Positions 23,985-37,868 are shown, counted from the stretch's first letter. The stretch: 64,000 nt of DNA from Eledone cirrhosa (GCA_964016885.1 OZ024740.1:277884001-277948000); one strand, 5' to 3'. Notes: a model not told the origin generated them from the sequence alone. Program-made: numbers and translations.

Positions 23985-25780
23985 CAAATTAATGTACGGT
24001 CCATCCATCATATTTGGACTGCTTTAGATCAGATCATCAGAGTTAACTATGTTTATGCCTTCACGTATAAAATGTTAGGAAATGCTTAATGCGAAGAAGC
24101 TAAGCAAGCAGCGGAATATATTCCAGCACTTGTAGTCAATACGACATTCTATAGACAAAGAAATAAATACCGACGTTATAACGTCTCACGTCGAGGCGAA
24201 GTTGCCTTTCGAAGCTCCCATCAAACCTGATTTCCGTTTTTACTCTTGAAATCGTGAATCACCTCTCATCAATTTTAATATTTTGAAACCCCACTAACCT
24301 TGACCCAATTACTTATACACTATTCTGTCCCTATGGGGAAACTTAGGTGAACATTATTCCGAGACTGATTAACAACAACAGACGCACAAATATAATTATG
24401 TTACAATACAAGATTGCGTTAAACAGCAGTAAAACAGGAATGCAGCACTCTTTTGCATGGTGGAGGCTAATAATTTAAATTATGTCAGGTATGAACAAGA
24501 CGTCTTAGAGATAAACTATATCATAATTTATCGATCACCAAGGAACTGGTTGCAGGCATTTATGTAGGTCACACAGTCAGTTGGCCATCATCATTTCTCG
24601 GATTCCTACGGAATATGAGAAAGCACTAATATTCTGCTCTGGCTTGAGTAAGAATTTGGAAAGTCAGATATATTTATCACCATTACATGGGATGACACCA
24701 CAAATAATTTATTTCCTAAACAAACACCTTCAGACGGAGCAGACATTGTAGCAAGGGTATATAAGATGAAATTAACATATTTATTGAATGATATCATGGA
24801 ATATAGAATTATAGGACATTTTAAGGCATATTGCTATATCATTGAATTCCAGAAACGGGCATTACCGATTTGATCATAACGGATGAAAACGTTCAACTTG
24901 ATGAACGAGGCAAAATGGATGCTGTAGAGTGTGTAAATTCTGTAGATCTTTCAATACACCATCACTTCACAAAATAAGTAGGAGGTGTATCGTTAAGGTT
25001 ACCTTTGGCAATAGTTTTCTTTTTTTATGTTTTGCTTCACCTTAGAAGAAGAAGAAGAAGAAGAAGAAGAAGAAGAAGAAGAAGAAGAAGAAGAAGAAGA
25101 AGAAGAAGAAGAAGAAGAAGAAGAAGAAGAAGAAGAAGAAGAAGAAGAAGAAGAAGAAGAAGAAGAAGAAGAAGAAGAAGAAGAAGAAGAAGATGACGAT
25201 GATGATTGGCAATCAGAATATGTGTACCATGCATATAGAATAGAAATATAGCAAAGGCTTCCCTACGGAATTCAAGAAGCATATTGAGGCGGATGTTGGC
25301 GGATATCCAATGTATAGAATATGGTTAAATATAACTGCTTAATTTGGCAATAAGATATGACTGCAGGCATGGTGTTCCTTACAACAAATATCTCAGCTTA
25401 AGGTTTAACTGTCACATCAATATAGAAGTATGCTCTTCAATTAAATCCGGCAAATACATCTTCAAATATATGAATGCCAAATATATTAGAGCAATAAAAG
25501 TAACTCATAATAAACATACACACTTCCCAATATGGTTTCTTCTGAATGAACAAGAAGTACAGGCATTACTTCTGCTCATTTCCTCCATATCATTATGATT
25601 TTGGCAGGAATAATACACAGTGGAAACAAATAATTCGCAGTTCAAAGATTATGCATTGTTGGCCCTAATGATCTTGAACAGCTTTAATATTGGAATATTA
25701 TTGTTTCATGTGATGGCAACAACTAGCTTTTAATGTCTGCTGACATATAATAGAGTTATCTAATTGAAAGACACCACAGG
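23985..25780 (+). pseudogene. Highly degenerate Helitron RepHel (Rep domain) fragment
   Basis: FITIT...QTPSDGADIVARVYKMKL..LLNDI...G...AYCYIIEFQKRALP (24673-24868), GGYPMYR (about 25298), VPYNKYLSLRFNCHINIEVCSSIKSGKYIFKY (25374-25470); these correspond to Helitron DRPD.VARVF, EFQKRGLPH and VPYN..HINVE motifs. Confidence 0.85.
25044..25192. repeat. (GAA)n microsatellite, about 50 units
   Basis: Perfect tract inside the Helitron remnant. Confidence 0.98.
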
Positions 25781-26551
25781 ACAACGTAATTAAATAATCA
25801 ATGACAATGAAAGGGTTAGATGTAGGCTGATGCTTCTTTTTCTGAATATCCTTCTCATATATGACATATTCCTGATTTGATATCTTCTTTGAATTATAAT
25901 AAGAAAAACCTGTAATGCTACCATAAATCTGAGGACGAAATAAGATATGATTACATTTAGCAATGGGAAAGAGAAAGACAAACATGAGTGGAAGACATTT
26001 CAAACACTTTATTCATGTGTTCGGTATGTTTTACAGGAGTTTGTTCAGCAAACACAACTACCTAATTTAGACGAAGTTGAAGCAAGTGTCAGAAGCTTGA
26101 TTTTTGTAGACATAAAATCTTCCTCCATATCACTAATGCCATGGCTGATCACAAATGCTTCTTCTTCATTGATGAACCAGGAGTATCTGGAAAAAACATA
26201 TCTGTACAATATTCTGATTAGATGCTTGTGGCAAAGGGAAACATTATTTTCCTCTTTGTGACTACATGGATAGTAGCAGATTTGTTTGGAAATAATGGAC
26301 AGAATGCACAGAGCAGTTTTAGACATCATGTTCTTATCCTGAATACATGAACTTCCTTCATGAAAATTTGTTTCTTTAATTCTATTTTATCTGTCAGTCT
26401 TCCTTCATTATTGTCATTGAAACATCTATGCTGTTCTCTAATTCTCTCAGAATAATTAATATCTAAACTATAATAAAGTAAGGAGTGCGGGACTGCATCC
26501 AGAATAATTTTTTTTATCCCGTTTGTAAAATAAGCTCGATTACTTTGAATA

Positions 26552-26891
26552 AATAATTGTTTCTACGTTTGGCACAAGGCCAGCAATTATCCCAGTGCAT
26601 TACTGCTACTTTATTTTATCGACCCTGTAAGGATGAAAGGCAAAGTTAACCTCGGCGGGATTTGAACTCAGAATGGCAAAGGCCATAACTCTATGCGTCA
26701 AAATAGAGTTTCTACTGTTGGCACAAGGCCAGCGATTACCCCAGTGCACCACTGGTACTTTATTTTATCGACCTCGTAAGGAAGAAAGGCAAAGTTAACC
26801 TCGGCGGATTTGAACTCAGAACGCAAAGAGCAATAACTATGCTGCAAAACATGGTGTCTGAGGCTCTACCGATACTGCCAAACCACTGCCC
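26552..26891 (-). mobile_element. Two tandem SINE family S copies
   Basis: Cores at about 26600-26680 and 26750-26830. Confidence 0.88.
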
Positions 26892-27239
26892 TAAATAATG
26901 AATGAATATTACATAATTTATGTACTAAATTTCGTAACTAAATTTCGTATTTATAAATAATTTAAAATTGATTTATTTTCAAAGTTTCAAATTTCTTCAC
27001 TTCGGGTATATCGTCACCACCACCACTTCAACTACCATATATATAGAAAGGGAGAGAGTTTGTGATGAGAGAGATAGAGTGATTAGGATTTTCTATACGC
27101 TGACGCGCATGAGTGTGCACATACATACATCTATAAGTATGAGTATATAACTATTATGAGTATATAATTATAATCTCGCAAACAGAAACTTGTAAAAATA
27201 CACGCTCACAGACATATATTCAGAGAAATACACATACGT

Positions 27240-27572
27240 TCACACAAAAACATTCACACAAACACACACATACAGTCATGATAGCGTTCGGTGAATTGGA
27301 AACGGGAAGGTAAAACAAGTATAACGTTTTATTTATTTATTAACAACACAGTTTAATTTTTTTTTTTTAAACTTATTCGTATAAAATTTTGATATAATTT
27401 TTACAGAACGAAAACACAAAAAAATATAATATATACAAAGGAAAGGGAAACGTAAAGAAAAGAAAGAGAAAAAATACACAAGCAGGTAATGTACACATCT
27501 AAGACCATATAGGCTGGATAATGTAGTTAGATAACAGAACACGGTAGCAAAAGAGTCACTAACTGTGACGTC
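27240..27572 (-). repeat. Internally deleted duplicate of the CRE 3' end
   Basis: Mosaic of 27640-27896, 28160-28196 and 28272-28300. Confidence 0.8.
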
Positions 27573-27669
27573 CAATTCACACAAATACACATACTTTCAC
27601 ACAAACGCATACATACATTCACACAAACACACATTCACACATATACATTTACACAAACACACACATACA

Positions 27670-28431
27670 GTGATGATAGCATTCGGTGAATTGGAAATGA
27701 GAGGGTAAAAGTACAACTTTTTATTTATTTAATAACAACACAGTTTAACTCTCTTTTTTTAAAACTCATTTGTATAAAAATTTAATATAATGGTTACAGA
27801 ACGAAAACCCTAACAAATATAATATATACAAAGGAAAGGGAAAGGAAAAAAAAAGGAAGAGAACAATGCACAAGCACGTAATGCTTAGACCACATAGAAC
27901 AATATGGAGGCGAAAGAATGGAAAGAGGCTACCAGTGCAAAAGATTGTAATATAGCGAGGAGCACTGGGAAACCTCTCTAATAATTTTTGAGGCAAGCCC
28001 GTACGCTTGCAGCGTTACCTGGCGTAATGGCGAGGCTGAGGTACTGGAACAACTTAGTGCCCTCACGAGCATCACCAGTTACATCTGTTTGGCGAGCCGC
28101 CAGTGAAGATAAGAACCTCGCTGTCAGTAGCCCGACTCCCCCAAACGTTTCGAACGCCACAGGCTGGATAATGTAGTTACCTGACAGAACACGGTATTTT
28201 AGGATTTTGTTCCGTTCAGTTGCGGATGCTGTAGCTCTCGCCCTTACCGCTGCATCCAGGATGTGGGAAGAAGCAAAAGAGTCACTAACTGTGACGTCCC
28301 AGGTAAGGCACCTGCCTCTTGACCAGGTGCACAGAGTAAGACCGTCAAGTCTTTTCCCATCAATTCCGGACAACCCAGACGATTCCAAAATTGAGGGGAT
28401 GTTTGCTCGGGCCAAAACTCTTCAGTGGTAA
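27670..28431 (-). mobile_element. 3' fragment of a CRE-clade non-LTR retrotransposon (RLE domain and 3' UTR)
   Basis: DGKRLDGLTL.TW..G..L.WDVT..D, ERNK..KY, P.AFET.G..G, LSLAI..GNA in ORF 27978-28415. Confidence 0.85.
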
Positions 28432-28486
28432 TAGGACAGTGTGTGTATGTGCGCGCGCATGAGTTTGTCGGCGTTCTTAAATTAGA

Positions 28487-28523
<37 letters not shown>

Positions 28524-28614
28524 CACTGTTTTTAAGTTAGAGACATATATGTGTGTATCCCTTTGCTTCCTTTTACACACATACATTCACCCAAACACAC
28601 ATACACATTGCGTG

Positions 28615-29302
28615 ATGGACGGGTGGACCGAAGTCCCTCAAAATTATATACATCTGAATGGAGTTCTACTGAAGTAGTTAGAGAAGTTCAAGTATCTTAG
28701 AACCGTGTTCATGCATGATGGAATGCAGGAGGCTGAAATAAGTGCAAGAATTACAAAAACTGGTGCAGTAATGCAGTAATGCGCCAGCCTCAACATTCAA
28801 CAATCAGAAGAAGTGGGTAGGTGTAAAAGCCAAACTCGCTGCCTTCCTGGTATTCTTGCCAACTCTTACCGAGGATCATGAATCTTGAGTAATGACCAAA
28901 AGAATACAATTGTAAATAAAAGTGGCAGAATGGGATTCCTCGAAAGGTATTTGGAGTAACGTTACTCGATAAAGTGCATAGCTCAGAGACCAGAGAGTCA
29001 CTCCTGGTAGAGCCGCTACTTCTCCGAATTGAGAGATCACAACTCCGATATTATGAGTATGTGGCTAGAATGTCTCAGTAAAGAATCGCTGGACACATTT
29101 TACAGGCAAAACCAACCGGCAAGAGACCCAGAGGTAGACCCTGAGCAAGATAGTTGGATAGCATCCATGAGCTTGGCTGGTCACGCTTTGGGATCCAGCT
29201 GGATCAGTTAGAGATATTTGCTTCTGACAGACTCGTGGGAAGGAGTGTTTGACAAAAACTCTGCCCCACGACCCGCTCAGAAATAAGTGGCCGAAGAAGA
29301 AG
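28615..29302 (+). mobile_element. 3' fragment of an RTE-clade LINE
   Basis: LNG..L..LEKFKYL, EISARI, VEPLLLRIERSQLR, GKRPRGRP; short (GAA)n tail. Confidence 0.8.
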
Positions 29303-29848
29303 ATATTGTCAATTTAATTTTCAATTTACATATATATATTTTCATACAATATGCACACTACATATGCTAGCAAAAAATCCGCCCGAGGGTGGTTTTTCTG
29401 CTAGTACTCCTAACGAAGATTGATGAGCTGGAATTCTTCTTGAAGAGAACTTCCGTTAAACAGCAAATGTAATTACATGGTCTTAATATCACTGCGCTGT
29501 GCATCAAGCAGTCACCACTTTGAACAGAGCAAGATGAATTTTCTGTGTCTTCTTAGAATAGGAAATGGAACAATACAACATGATATAACGATTTAATTAT
29601 ACAGGGAAGCATCACTGGATAAAAAGATAAATAATCTATCAACGCATTTGACATTAGTCCTTCATCGGGAAAGAGAAGGGTTAAGCGGGAAAGGAGGTTG
29701 GAAGATTGATAAAAGAATCGTTTATCAAAATATGTGAGGTACGCAGGCAGTGTCACCTGCTTCTCACTATTTAAGCCTTATTAAAATTAATAGTTAAATT
29801 CTACTTCGCTACTGAATGCTCTTTTTTTCTCGGCGGCCAACTACATAT

Positions 29849-29886
<38 letters not shown>

Positions 29887-30097
29887 ATATTTGGGGAGGG
29901 TCATATTTGCGTAATATTGCCAGAATTAATAACAGAGCACACTCACTGTTTGGTTGGTTTTCGCTTCTCGCTGTCTTTTATATATATATATCTGCGATCT
30001 AACTTACTCGGTCCTCAATGTTGCCATTGACTGACCGGCGGTCAAAAATAATACAGATACAATATAGACACAAACACATATATATAGTTTACATAAT

Positions 30098-30142
30098 TTA
30101 CATAAATCTTTCGTTGCACATCTGCAACATCGTCAGTGGTGT
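30098..30142 (-). ncRNA. Minimal hammerhead motif in the inverted pLTR
   Basis: Reverse complement of 32982-33026. Confidence 0.75.
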
Positions 30143-30359
30143 TATATTCATTGTTCCTCCTGTTGTGTTGTATGTCTACGCCATTTTTTTGTTCAACAAT
30201 ACATCTAGCAATCATAACAATAATAATATTAATGCTAATGATAGAAACAACAACAACCACCATGATAACAATAATAGCAACACACACAACTATGACGATA
30301 GAAATAACGACAACCCCTTAGAGAAACTATTTTTCAACCCAAATGACAAAACATATAAG

Positions 30360-32720
30360 ATGGGTAATATCTATCCTACGAGGTTACCCTTTAATAAAAG
30401 AGTTTGCATACCACAGCAAATAGATGACGAGACGGAGGCACAGTTCACCATAGCTAGAAATAAGATTAGACAAGTAGTAGACAGGTACACTATGAGACAG
30501 AGCAGACCAGAGGCCCAACAACTTGGGATAAAACCTGTAGAAGGCTTGGTTAGCCTCAAGCAGCGCACAAGGGATGGTGAGGTAGTGTGTCTACCCACAG
30601 ATAAGTCTGGTAGGATGTCAATAGATAGCATGCCGAACTACATCGAGGCAATGCAACCCCACATCACCAACACGAGCGAAGTTGCACAACTAACACACGA
30701 TGGGAGAGAAAAAATCCTCAACGCTCACATGATGATGTGGACTGACATCCTAAAGCCAAGCAGACGCACTGCCAACAACGTCCAGGCGTCTAACAATGGC
30801 ATACCACCCTTGTATGGGCTCCGCAAAGACCACAAGACAGTCGACGACCCGACAACAGGACCACCAACAAGACCCGTATGCGGAGCTAATATAGCTAGCA
30901 ACTACAGGATCTCCTACTTCCTCTCAATGGTTATACGCCCCATAATCAAGATGTCCCCAGATGTATGTGAAAGTACAGAGGACCTCCTCAGCAGAATCAG
31001 TGAGTGCAACAAAAACAGGAGCCTATCCAACTGCATAATAGGCAGCATGGATATGGTGTCACTGTACCCATCCATTAACATTGATTTTGCTGTGAAAAGA
31101 TGTGTGGAGATGATCATTGAGAGTGAGGTGGAGTTCTGCGACGTCGACACAAACGAACTGGGCCTCCTACTTAGACTTACCTACGACACTGACTACCTAG
31201 ACAGCCATGACCTTAGATGTTTCTGCCCTAGTAGACCTATAAGAGGTAGACCCCCCACCATAACCTCAATGGCTAAAAATACTCCCATACGAAGGTGGAT
31301 TGGGTGGACCAAAGCTATACGGACCCCCCAAAACACTGATCAGGTAAGAAAAATGGTCGCACATGCAATAGGGGCTAGTATCAAAACTACCCTAAAGGGC
31401 CACATATTTAAGTTCAATGAGAAAATCTACACCCAAAATGAGGGAGCAGCCATCGGCGTCAGCATAGCTGGTGATGTTGCCAACCTTTTCATGGTATGGT
31501 GGGAAAGGAGACTTAAAGATCTCCTTAATGAAAGCTCCATAGACCTCATCATGTACTCTCGTTATGTAGACGATATCAATATAGTTATAAGAACACCCCC
31601 ACTAGAGAGCACTAACAAGTTTGATTTAGAACGTAGCACGATGGAAAGCATCCAGCAGATAGCTAATTCCATACACCAGAGTATAACTGTAACTATAGAC
31701 TTCCCTTCCAAACACCCTAACAATAGACTACCTGTATTAGACACAGAACTCTGGATTAACACTATAGACGAGAGAGCCCAAATTCTCCACTCACACTATG
31801 CTAAACCCATGGCCTCCAAATACCTGATACTCAAAAACTCAGCAATGTCTAGTAGTGCTAAGTTTAATATTCTGATCGCAGATTTGGTACGAGTGATGAA
31901 GAATGTGTCCAGCATGTGCGACCCAACAGAAATGGAAGGACACATCCAACACTTCATCAACCGCATGCAGTTCTCTGGCTACAACCAAAGAGACAGAGTC
32001 AGAGTATACGAAGGAGCCATGGAAAAGTATAAGACCCTCATAGAACTGGACATGAAAGGAATTTGCCCACTATACAGGAGCAAATCATGGAATAGCTTAG
32101 ATAGGGCTAGACATAAGATAGGGAAGGCCACATCATGGTACGACAACCAGAGATATCAGAGTGTCATGTTTGTGGACGCCACCCCTGGAGGGAAATTAGC
32201 TAACCAGTGTAGAAAGGCCCTGAGAAAGACCCACTTAAAAATAAAGGTGGTAGAAAAGCCAGGAACCACCATAAAATCCCTGATCAGCAAAACCTACCCT
32301 TTTAAGAAAACCCACTGTACCAATAGGAAATGTATCATATGTAAGGTGAACCCCCGGATAAACTGTAAAACTAGAAACGTAGTCTATAGCATAAGATGTA
32401 CAGAGGGTACTTGCAGAAACATGACAACAACATACATAGGTGAGACAGCTCGTAGCATAGGTGAAAGGATAGACCAACACTGGGGGGAACTAAAAGGACG
32501 AAAAAACGGGTTAGTACTATACGAACATGCTAGACAACAACATGACGGTAACATAGACAACATAGAAATTAGAATAATATCTAAACATAGGAATGACCCA
32601 GCAGATAGGCAAATCAGAGAGGCCAGTGAAATAGAAATTAGAAGACCAAAGCTAAACAGAAAGAATGAGTGGAACAACAACAGCACCCAAACAAACAACA
32701 CTGACCTAAGAGAAGTATAA
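30360..32720 (+). CDS. PLE reverse transcriptase with Cys linker and GIY-YIG endonuclease
   Basis: TDKSG, LYGLRKDHK, RPVCGA, SMDMVSLYPSI, Q.EG.AIG, RYVDD, LPVLD, C..C linker, VVY.I.C...C..YIGET.R...R..QH, H....H, RQI.EA..I, LN.K.EW; no internal stops. Start given is the first body ATG; the true start is probably lost. Confidence 0.9.
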   Translation: MGNIYPTRLPFNKRVCIPQQIDDETEAQFTIARNKIRQVVDRYTMRQSRPEAQQLGIKPVEGLVSLKQRTRDGEVVCLPTDKSGRMSIDSMPNYIEAMQPHITNTSEVAQLTHDGREKILNAHMMMWTDILKPSRRTANNVQASNNGIPPLYGLRKDHKTVDDPTTGPPTRPVCGANIASNYRISYFLSMVIRPIIKMSPDVCESTEDLLSRISECNKNRSLSNCIIGSMDMVSLYPSINIDFAVKRCVEMIIESEVEFCDVDTNELGLLLRLTYDTDYLDSHDLRCFCPSRPIRGRPPTITSMAKNTPIRRWIGWTKAIRTPQNTDQVRKMVAHAIGASIKTTLKGHIFKFNEKIYTQNEGAAIGVSIAGDVANLFMVWWERRLKDLLNESSIDLIMYSRYVDDINIVIRTPPLESTNKFDLERSTMESIQQIANSIHQSITVTIDFPSKHPNNRLPVLDTELWINTIDERAQILHSHYAKPMASKYLILKNSAMSSSAKFNILIADLVRVMKNVSSMCDPTEMEGHIQHFINRMQFSGYNQRDRVRVYEGAMEKYKTLIELDMKGICPLYRSKSWNSLDRARHKIGKATSWYDNQRYQSVMFVDATPGGKLANQCRKALRKTHLKIKVVEKPGTTIKSLISKTYPFKKTHCTNRKCIICKVNPRINCKTRNVVYSIRCTEGTCRNMTTTYIGETARSIGERIDQHWGELKGRKNGLVLYEHARQQHDGNIDNIEIRIISKHRNDPADRQIREASEIEIRRPKLNRKNEWNNNSTQTNNTDLREV

Positions 32721-32981
32721 ATAAGTAAATAAAATAAAATAAAATAAGATAAATAAATACATACACAAGCACATAAACACACACTAGTCACCCAGCAGAC
32801 ACAACACTATACACACTAGTCACACATCACACATAACACTATACACACACGCAAACGCATGCGCAAAGAAGACAAAATAAAATAAGATAAACAAACAAGC
32901 AAATAAATAAATAAATATATAGACAGACTGAACAAAAAAATGGCGTAGACATACAACACAACAGGAGGAACAATGAATATA

Positions 32982-33026
32982 ACACCACTGACGATGTTGC
33001 AGATGTGCAACGAAAGATTTATGTAA
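32982..33026 (+). ncRNA. Minimal hammerhead motif in the pLTR
   Basis: CA-CUGACGA-U-GUUGCA(GAUG)UGCAAC-GAAA-GAUUUA^UG; stem I is weak. Confidence 0.75.
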
Positions 33027-33299
33027 ATTATGTAAACTATATATATGTGTTTGTGTCTATATTGTATCTGTATTATTTTTGACCGCCGGTCAGTCAATGG
33101 CAACATTGAGGACCGAGTAAGTTAGATCGCAGATATATATATATAAAAGACAGCGAGAAGCGAAAACCAACCAAACAGTGAGTGTGTTCTGTTATTAATT
33201 CTGGCAATATTACGCAAATATGACCCTCCCCAAATATAACAATATCTGTTTCGACACACGATTTCATATAAAAAACCTCGCAAAACTAATTCATCGCCG

Positions 33300-33363
<64 letters not shown>

Positions 33364-34466
33364 GTGTGTGTGCGTATGTGTCTGTGTGTGTGTGTCTGTG
33401 TCTGTGTATGTGCCTATGTGTGTGGGTGTGTGTGTGTATGCATGATGGTTGCAAACTCTGCTAAGAGTATTGCAATTGCATGTCAGATTATAGAAACTGG
33501 TGCACATTTAGACTACGGCCAGCCACAAGAACCTGCAACAAATCCTGAACAAGCAATGCCTGTACTTTGAGGATTTTCTAAGTGAGCAATCCCACTCTCT
33601 GAGCATCGAAAACATTACCCGAAAAGGAGAACTGGTGAATATCATTGGATGCTTTTCAGAGTTTCCCTCTCTTAGAAATGTGTTGTGACAACAACTAGGG
33701 GCCTTTCACTCCCAGGTGAAAATAAAATAAATAAAAATAAAAGTACTAGTACTACTTGGATGGCCGTTGATTCTGATGAGCTCCTCCACCCTTTCCCGGG
33801 TCTTGTATGTTATCCTGCAGGGTGTCCGAATATCACCCTCCTCACTAAGCACGCTTTGTGGGGTAACTGTATTAGTCGCCGACGACCCGACCATGTGACA
33901 GGTTGCACTGGGTTACATGTTACCAATAACACTCAAAAGTGACCTGACATAATATATATATGCGTATATACATACATGCATACATACATACATACATACA
34001 TACATACATACATACATACATACATACATACATACATACATACTTACATGGTGGCTGCCAACTCGTTTTCGAGTACGGCCACTACTTTATATCCATGTAG
34101 GAGAACCCCTACCGATGCGCTGAACGAATGTTACTTTTTAGTCCAGCCAGTGACTTGAAAACTCTCGTACAAACACTATACTTGTGACAATTACTGACAC
34201 ATAGTGCTGGGCCCATGGTACCATGTGATGACAAGTGCAGAGAGATCTCCAGATATAAAGCAAGCCTGTGTTGTGGAACTTTTATAGTGAGCAAAGGCGC
34301 TGTACAAAGCCAGTCCCACTTTCTTAACCAAGATGATATTTACCAAAAATACATACATACATACAAACAAACATACATTTATACATATATACATACATAT
34401 AAATTTTCATATACACATATATATATATATATATGTATGTTTGTGTGTGGGGGGGGGGTGTATGTG

Positions 34467-34498
<32 letters not shown>

Positions 34499-34946
34499 CA
34501 AGTGTAAGATTATTGAATTTGTCTTTAATGGTATTTTGAGTCGATATTAAAATGCTGTAATAATATCTAACCAAATTACTATAGAGTTAGTAGATGAAAT
34601 TATATTTAATGGATTGAAAATTAATGCTGACTTTATGCTATAAGACATCAGCCACAAATAACACAATAGTATGTCAAGCAACATTAAGCTCAGTGTCCTA
34701 TCTCTTCGCCTTGCGGTCGGAAGTTAAAAAATATAACAAATTAATAATGGCATCGTGCTTCCATGTTAAGTAATATTCTCTTTCTTTATGATACTGCATA
34801 GTTTACAGATTTTTTTGTGAAAATATCAATTATTCAATATCTGTCTCTTTACATATACTATATATTCATACTATATATATATATATATATATGATATGTT
34901 TGAATGCATGTATGTATGTGTGTATTCATGTATGTATATATATATA

Positions 34947-35261
34947 TAAATGAAGTAATTCCGTCGGAAAAGTCCAGGAAAAAAGAGTGCTCTATGTAGG
35001 TAACAGAGCTTAATTATTATTATGTAATAAACAACATAAGGCAATTATTCCATTTACCAGTGGTTTCTTAAAAGCAAAAGGTTTTGCTTTCAATCCTCAG
35101 AATGAAAAAATCCTGGTTTGTTTATTGAATTTGGATTTTAAAAACAAAAATGCAATCTATATGAAAGTGAGGCGGGAGAAGGAAAAAGGAAAGGAAAAAT
35201 AAAATATAACTACACATGCAAACACACACAAAAAAACACAAAAGCATACATACACACACAC

Positions 35262-35328
<67 letters not shown>

Positions 35329-35878
35329 TATATACATATACACATATATATACATACACATATATACACATACACATACATACACATAACCTCACACATA
35401 CACACAAAAACAAATATACACACATATATATATATACATATATATATACATATATACACATATATATATATACACATACACACATATACATGTGTGTACA
35501 AGCATACACATACACAAACATAGCCATACACACATATACATACATACATTCACACATTCATACATATATACACACGTACATACACATACATAAATGCACT
35601 CCTCTACATATTCACACACGCAAATAAATATAACAAAAAAATATATATATATATTAAAAATATTTGACACCGATACATAAGGCAGCTAACTGGACAGACA
35701 CGCGTGGTAAGTAATACACACAAATGCACGTATACATACGTACGAAATAGTAAATACATACACACACTCTCACACCTAAATATACATATACAAATACATA
35801 AACACATACATACACATACATGCACAAACACGCACACGTATACAATACATACACACACATATGTATATGTAATTATAT

Positions 35879-35909
<31 letters not shown>

Positions 35910-36030
35910 CATAAATATAAACATACACACACACACATATATATGTATACATACACACACATATACATACATAGCTATACAATTATACACATACAAATAC
36001 GTACATATAAACACGCACAACCAAATACAA

Positions 36031-36071
<41 letters not shown>

Positions 36072-36084
36072 CACACGCACATAT

Positions 36085-36165
<81 letters not shown>

Positions 36166-37263
36166 CATATATATACAAATGCACACACATACACACACAC
36201 ATACATGTGTGTATGTGTAAAACTCAGTCTTAGATAATTCATATGAACCTTACATATACATATATATAGTAGTAAAGTAATAAAGCAACATAAGGCAATT
36301 ATTCCATTCACCAGTGCTTTCTTAAAAGCAAAAAAAGTTTCCTTCAATCTTCAGAATGAAAAAAACCTGGTCTATCCACATATACATACATAAACACACA
36401 CAAATATATACATATATATACACACATACACATACACACACATACATATATATATATATACATACATATATACATATATATATATACACACAAATATACA
36501 TACACATACACATAGGTATGTGAAGGGAAAGGCAAAAAATAATATATGGGGGGGGGGGACATAAGAGAAGGTGAAATATAAGGGGAGGTAAGGGAGAAAA
36601 AATAAGTAAATATACAAGAGTACAGAACGTAGAATCAGCAAAACAAAACCGTAGCAGAAGTAAAGAGCAGGAAAGGAGTTCAAGGCGGTTGATTTATCAT
36701 AGGAGTGTCAATCCAGTTGCAGATCAGATGCGATTTCAGATGTGGACAGCATCTGAAGATCTCAGTCTTTGAGTTAAGGCAAGCGGAAGTGGCTCTCAAG
36801 TTTAGCAAAATCCTATACTTTTCTGTGGTACACAAAGAACAATTCTTTGTGCCCCTTTTTTAATATATATATATATATTTAATATATATATATATTTGTG
36901 CCCCTTTTTTAATATATATATATATTTTTAATATATATATATTTTTTTTGTTATATTTATTTGCGTGTGTGAATATGTAGAGGAGTGCATTTATGTATGT
37001 GTATGTATGTACGTGTGTATATATGTATGAATGTGTGAATGTATGTATGTATATGTGTGTGTGTATGGCTATGTTTGTGTATGTGTATGCTTGTACACAC
37101 ATGTATATGTGTGTATGTGTATATATATATATGTGTATATGTGTATATATATATGTATATATATATGTGTGTATATACGTGTGTGTGTGTGTATGTATGA
37201 GGTTAGGTGTATGTATGTGTATGTGTATATATGTGTATGTATATATATCTGTATATGTATATA

Positions 37264-37308
<45 letters not shown>

Positions 37309-37541
37309 CGAAGGAAATGTGGTAAGGAACCAGGTGGACCATAACGCACCAAAGTACTCAATACTTGAGGTAGTAGAGTGGGTAATAGGAACCAGTAAGA
37401 CCCCGACAGCTGAGCTCAAGCCGTTTCGACGGCTAATTCTGGACTCCAGATGTCCAGAATTAGCCGTCGAATGTCCAGCCGTGGATGTCCAGAATTAGCC
37501 GTCGAAACGGCTTGAGCTCAGCTGTCGGGGTCTTACTGGTT

Positions 37542-37624
<83 letters not shown>

Positions 37625-37868
37625 TTGTGTGTGTATGTATGCTTTTGTGTTTTTTTTTGTGTGTGTGTTTGCATGTGTAGTTTTATTTTATTTTTCCTTT
37701 CCTTCTTCCTTCTCCAGCCTCACTTTCATATAGATTGCATTTTTGTTTTTAAAATCCAAATTCAATAAACAAACCAGGATTTTTTCATTCTGAGGATTGA
37801 AAGCAAAACCTTTTGCTTTTAAGAAACCACTGGTAAATGGAATAATTGCCTTATGTTGTTTATTACAT

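Larger units (their letters stand above)
29879..33300 (+). mobile_element. Penelope-like element (C-terminal GIY-YIG, Nematis-like), 5'-truncated, with inverted pLTR, in (TA)n
   Basis: 29879-30195 is the reverse complement of 32929-33245; 55 bp tail at 33246-33300 on the 3' side only; TA runs on both flanks. Confidence 0.92.

Noticed and set aside
29600-29680. Minus-strand CCGATGAAGGAC..GTC-AAATGCGTT
   Set aside because: Possibly a decayed pLTR hammerhead, but both core strands are mutated, so it is not called.
30018-30195. N-terminal 60 aa of the 900 aa ORF
   Set aside because: Lies in the inverted pLTR (the same peptide appears at 32816-33106 minus); chance read-through.
29879-33300. Assignment to the Naiad/Chlamys PLE clade
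   Set aside because: GIY-YIG is C-terminal and an HHR is present; Naiad/Chlamys have an N-terminal EN and lack canonical HHRs.
33770-33810. CTGATGAG as a hammerhead core
   Set aside because: No stem II-GAAA-UH follows.
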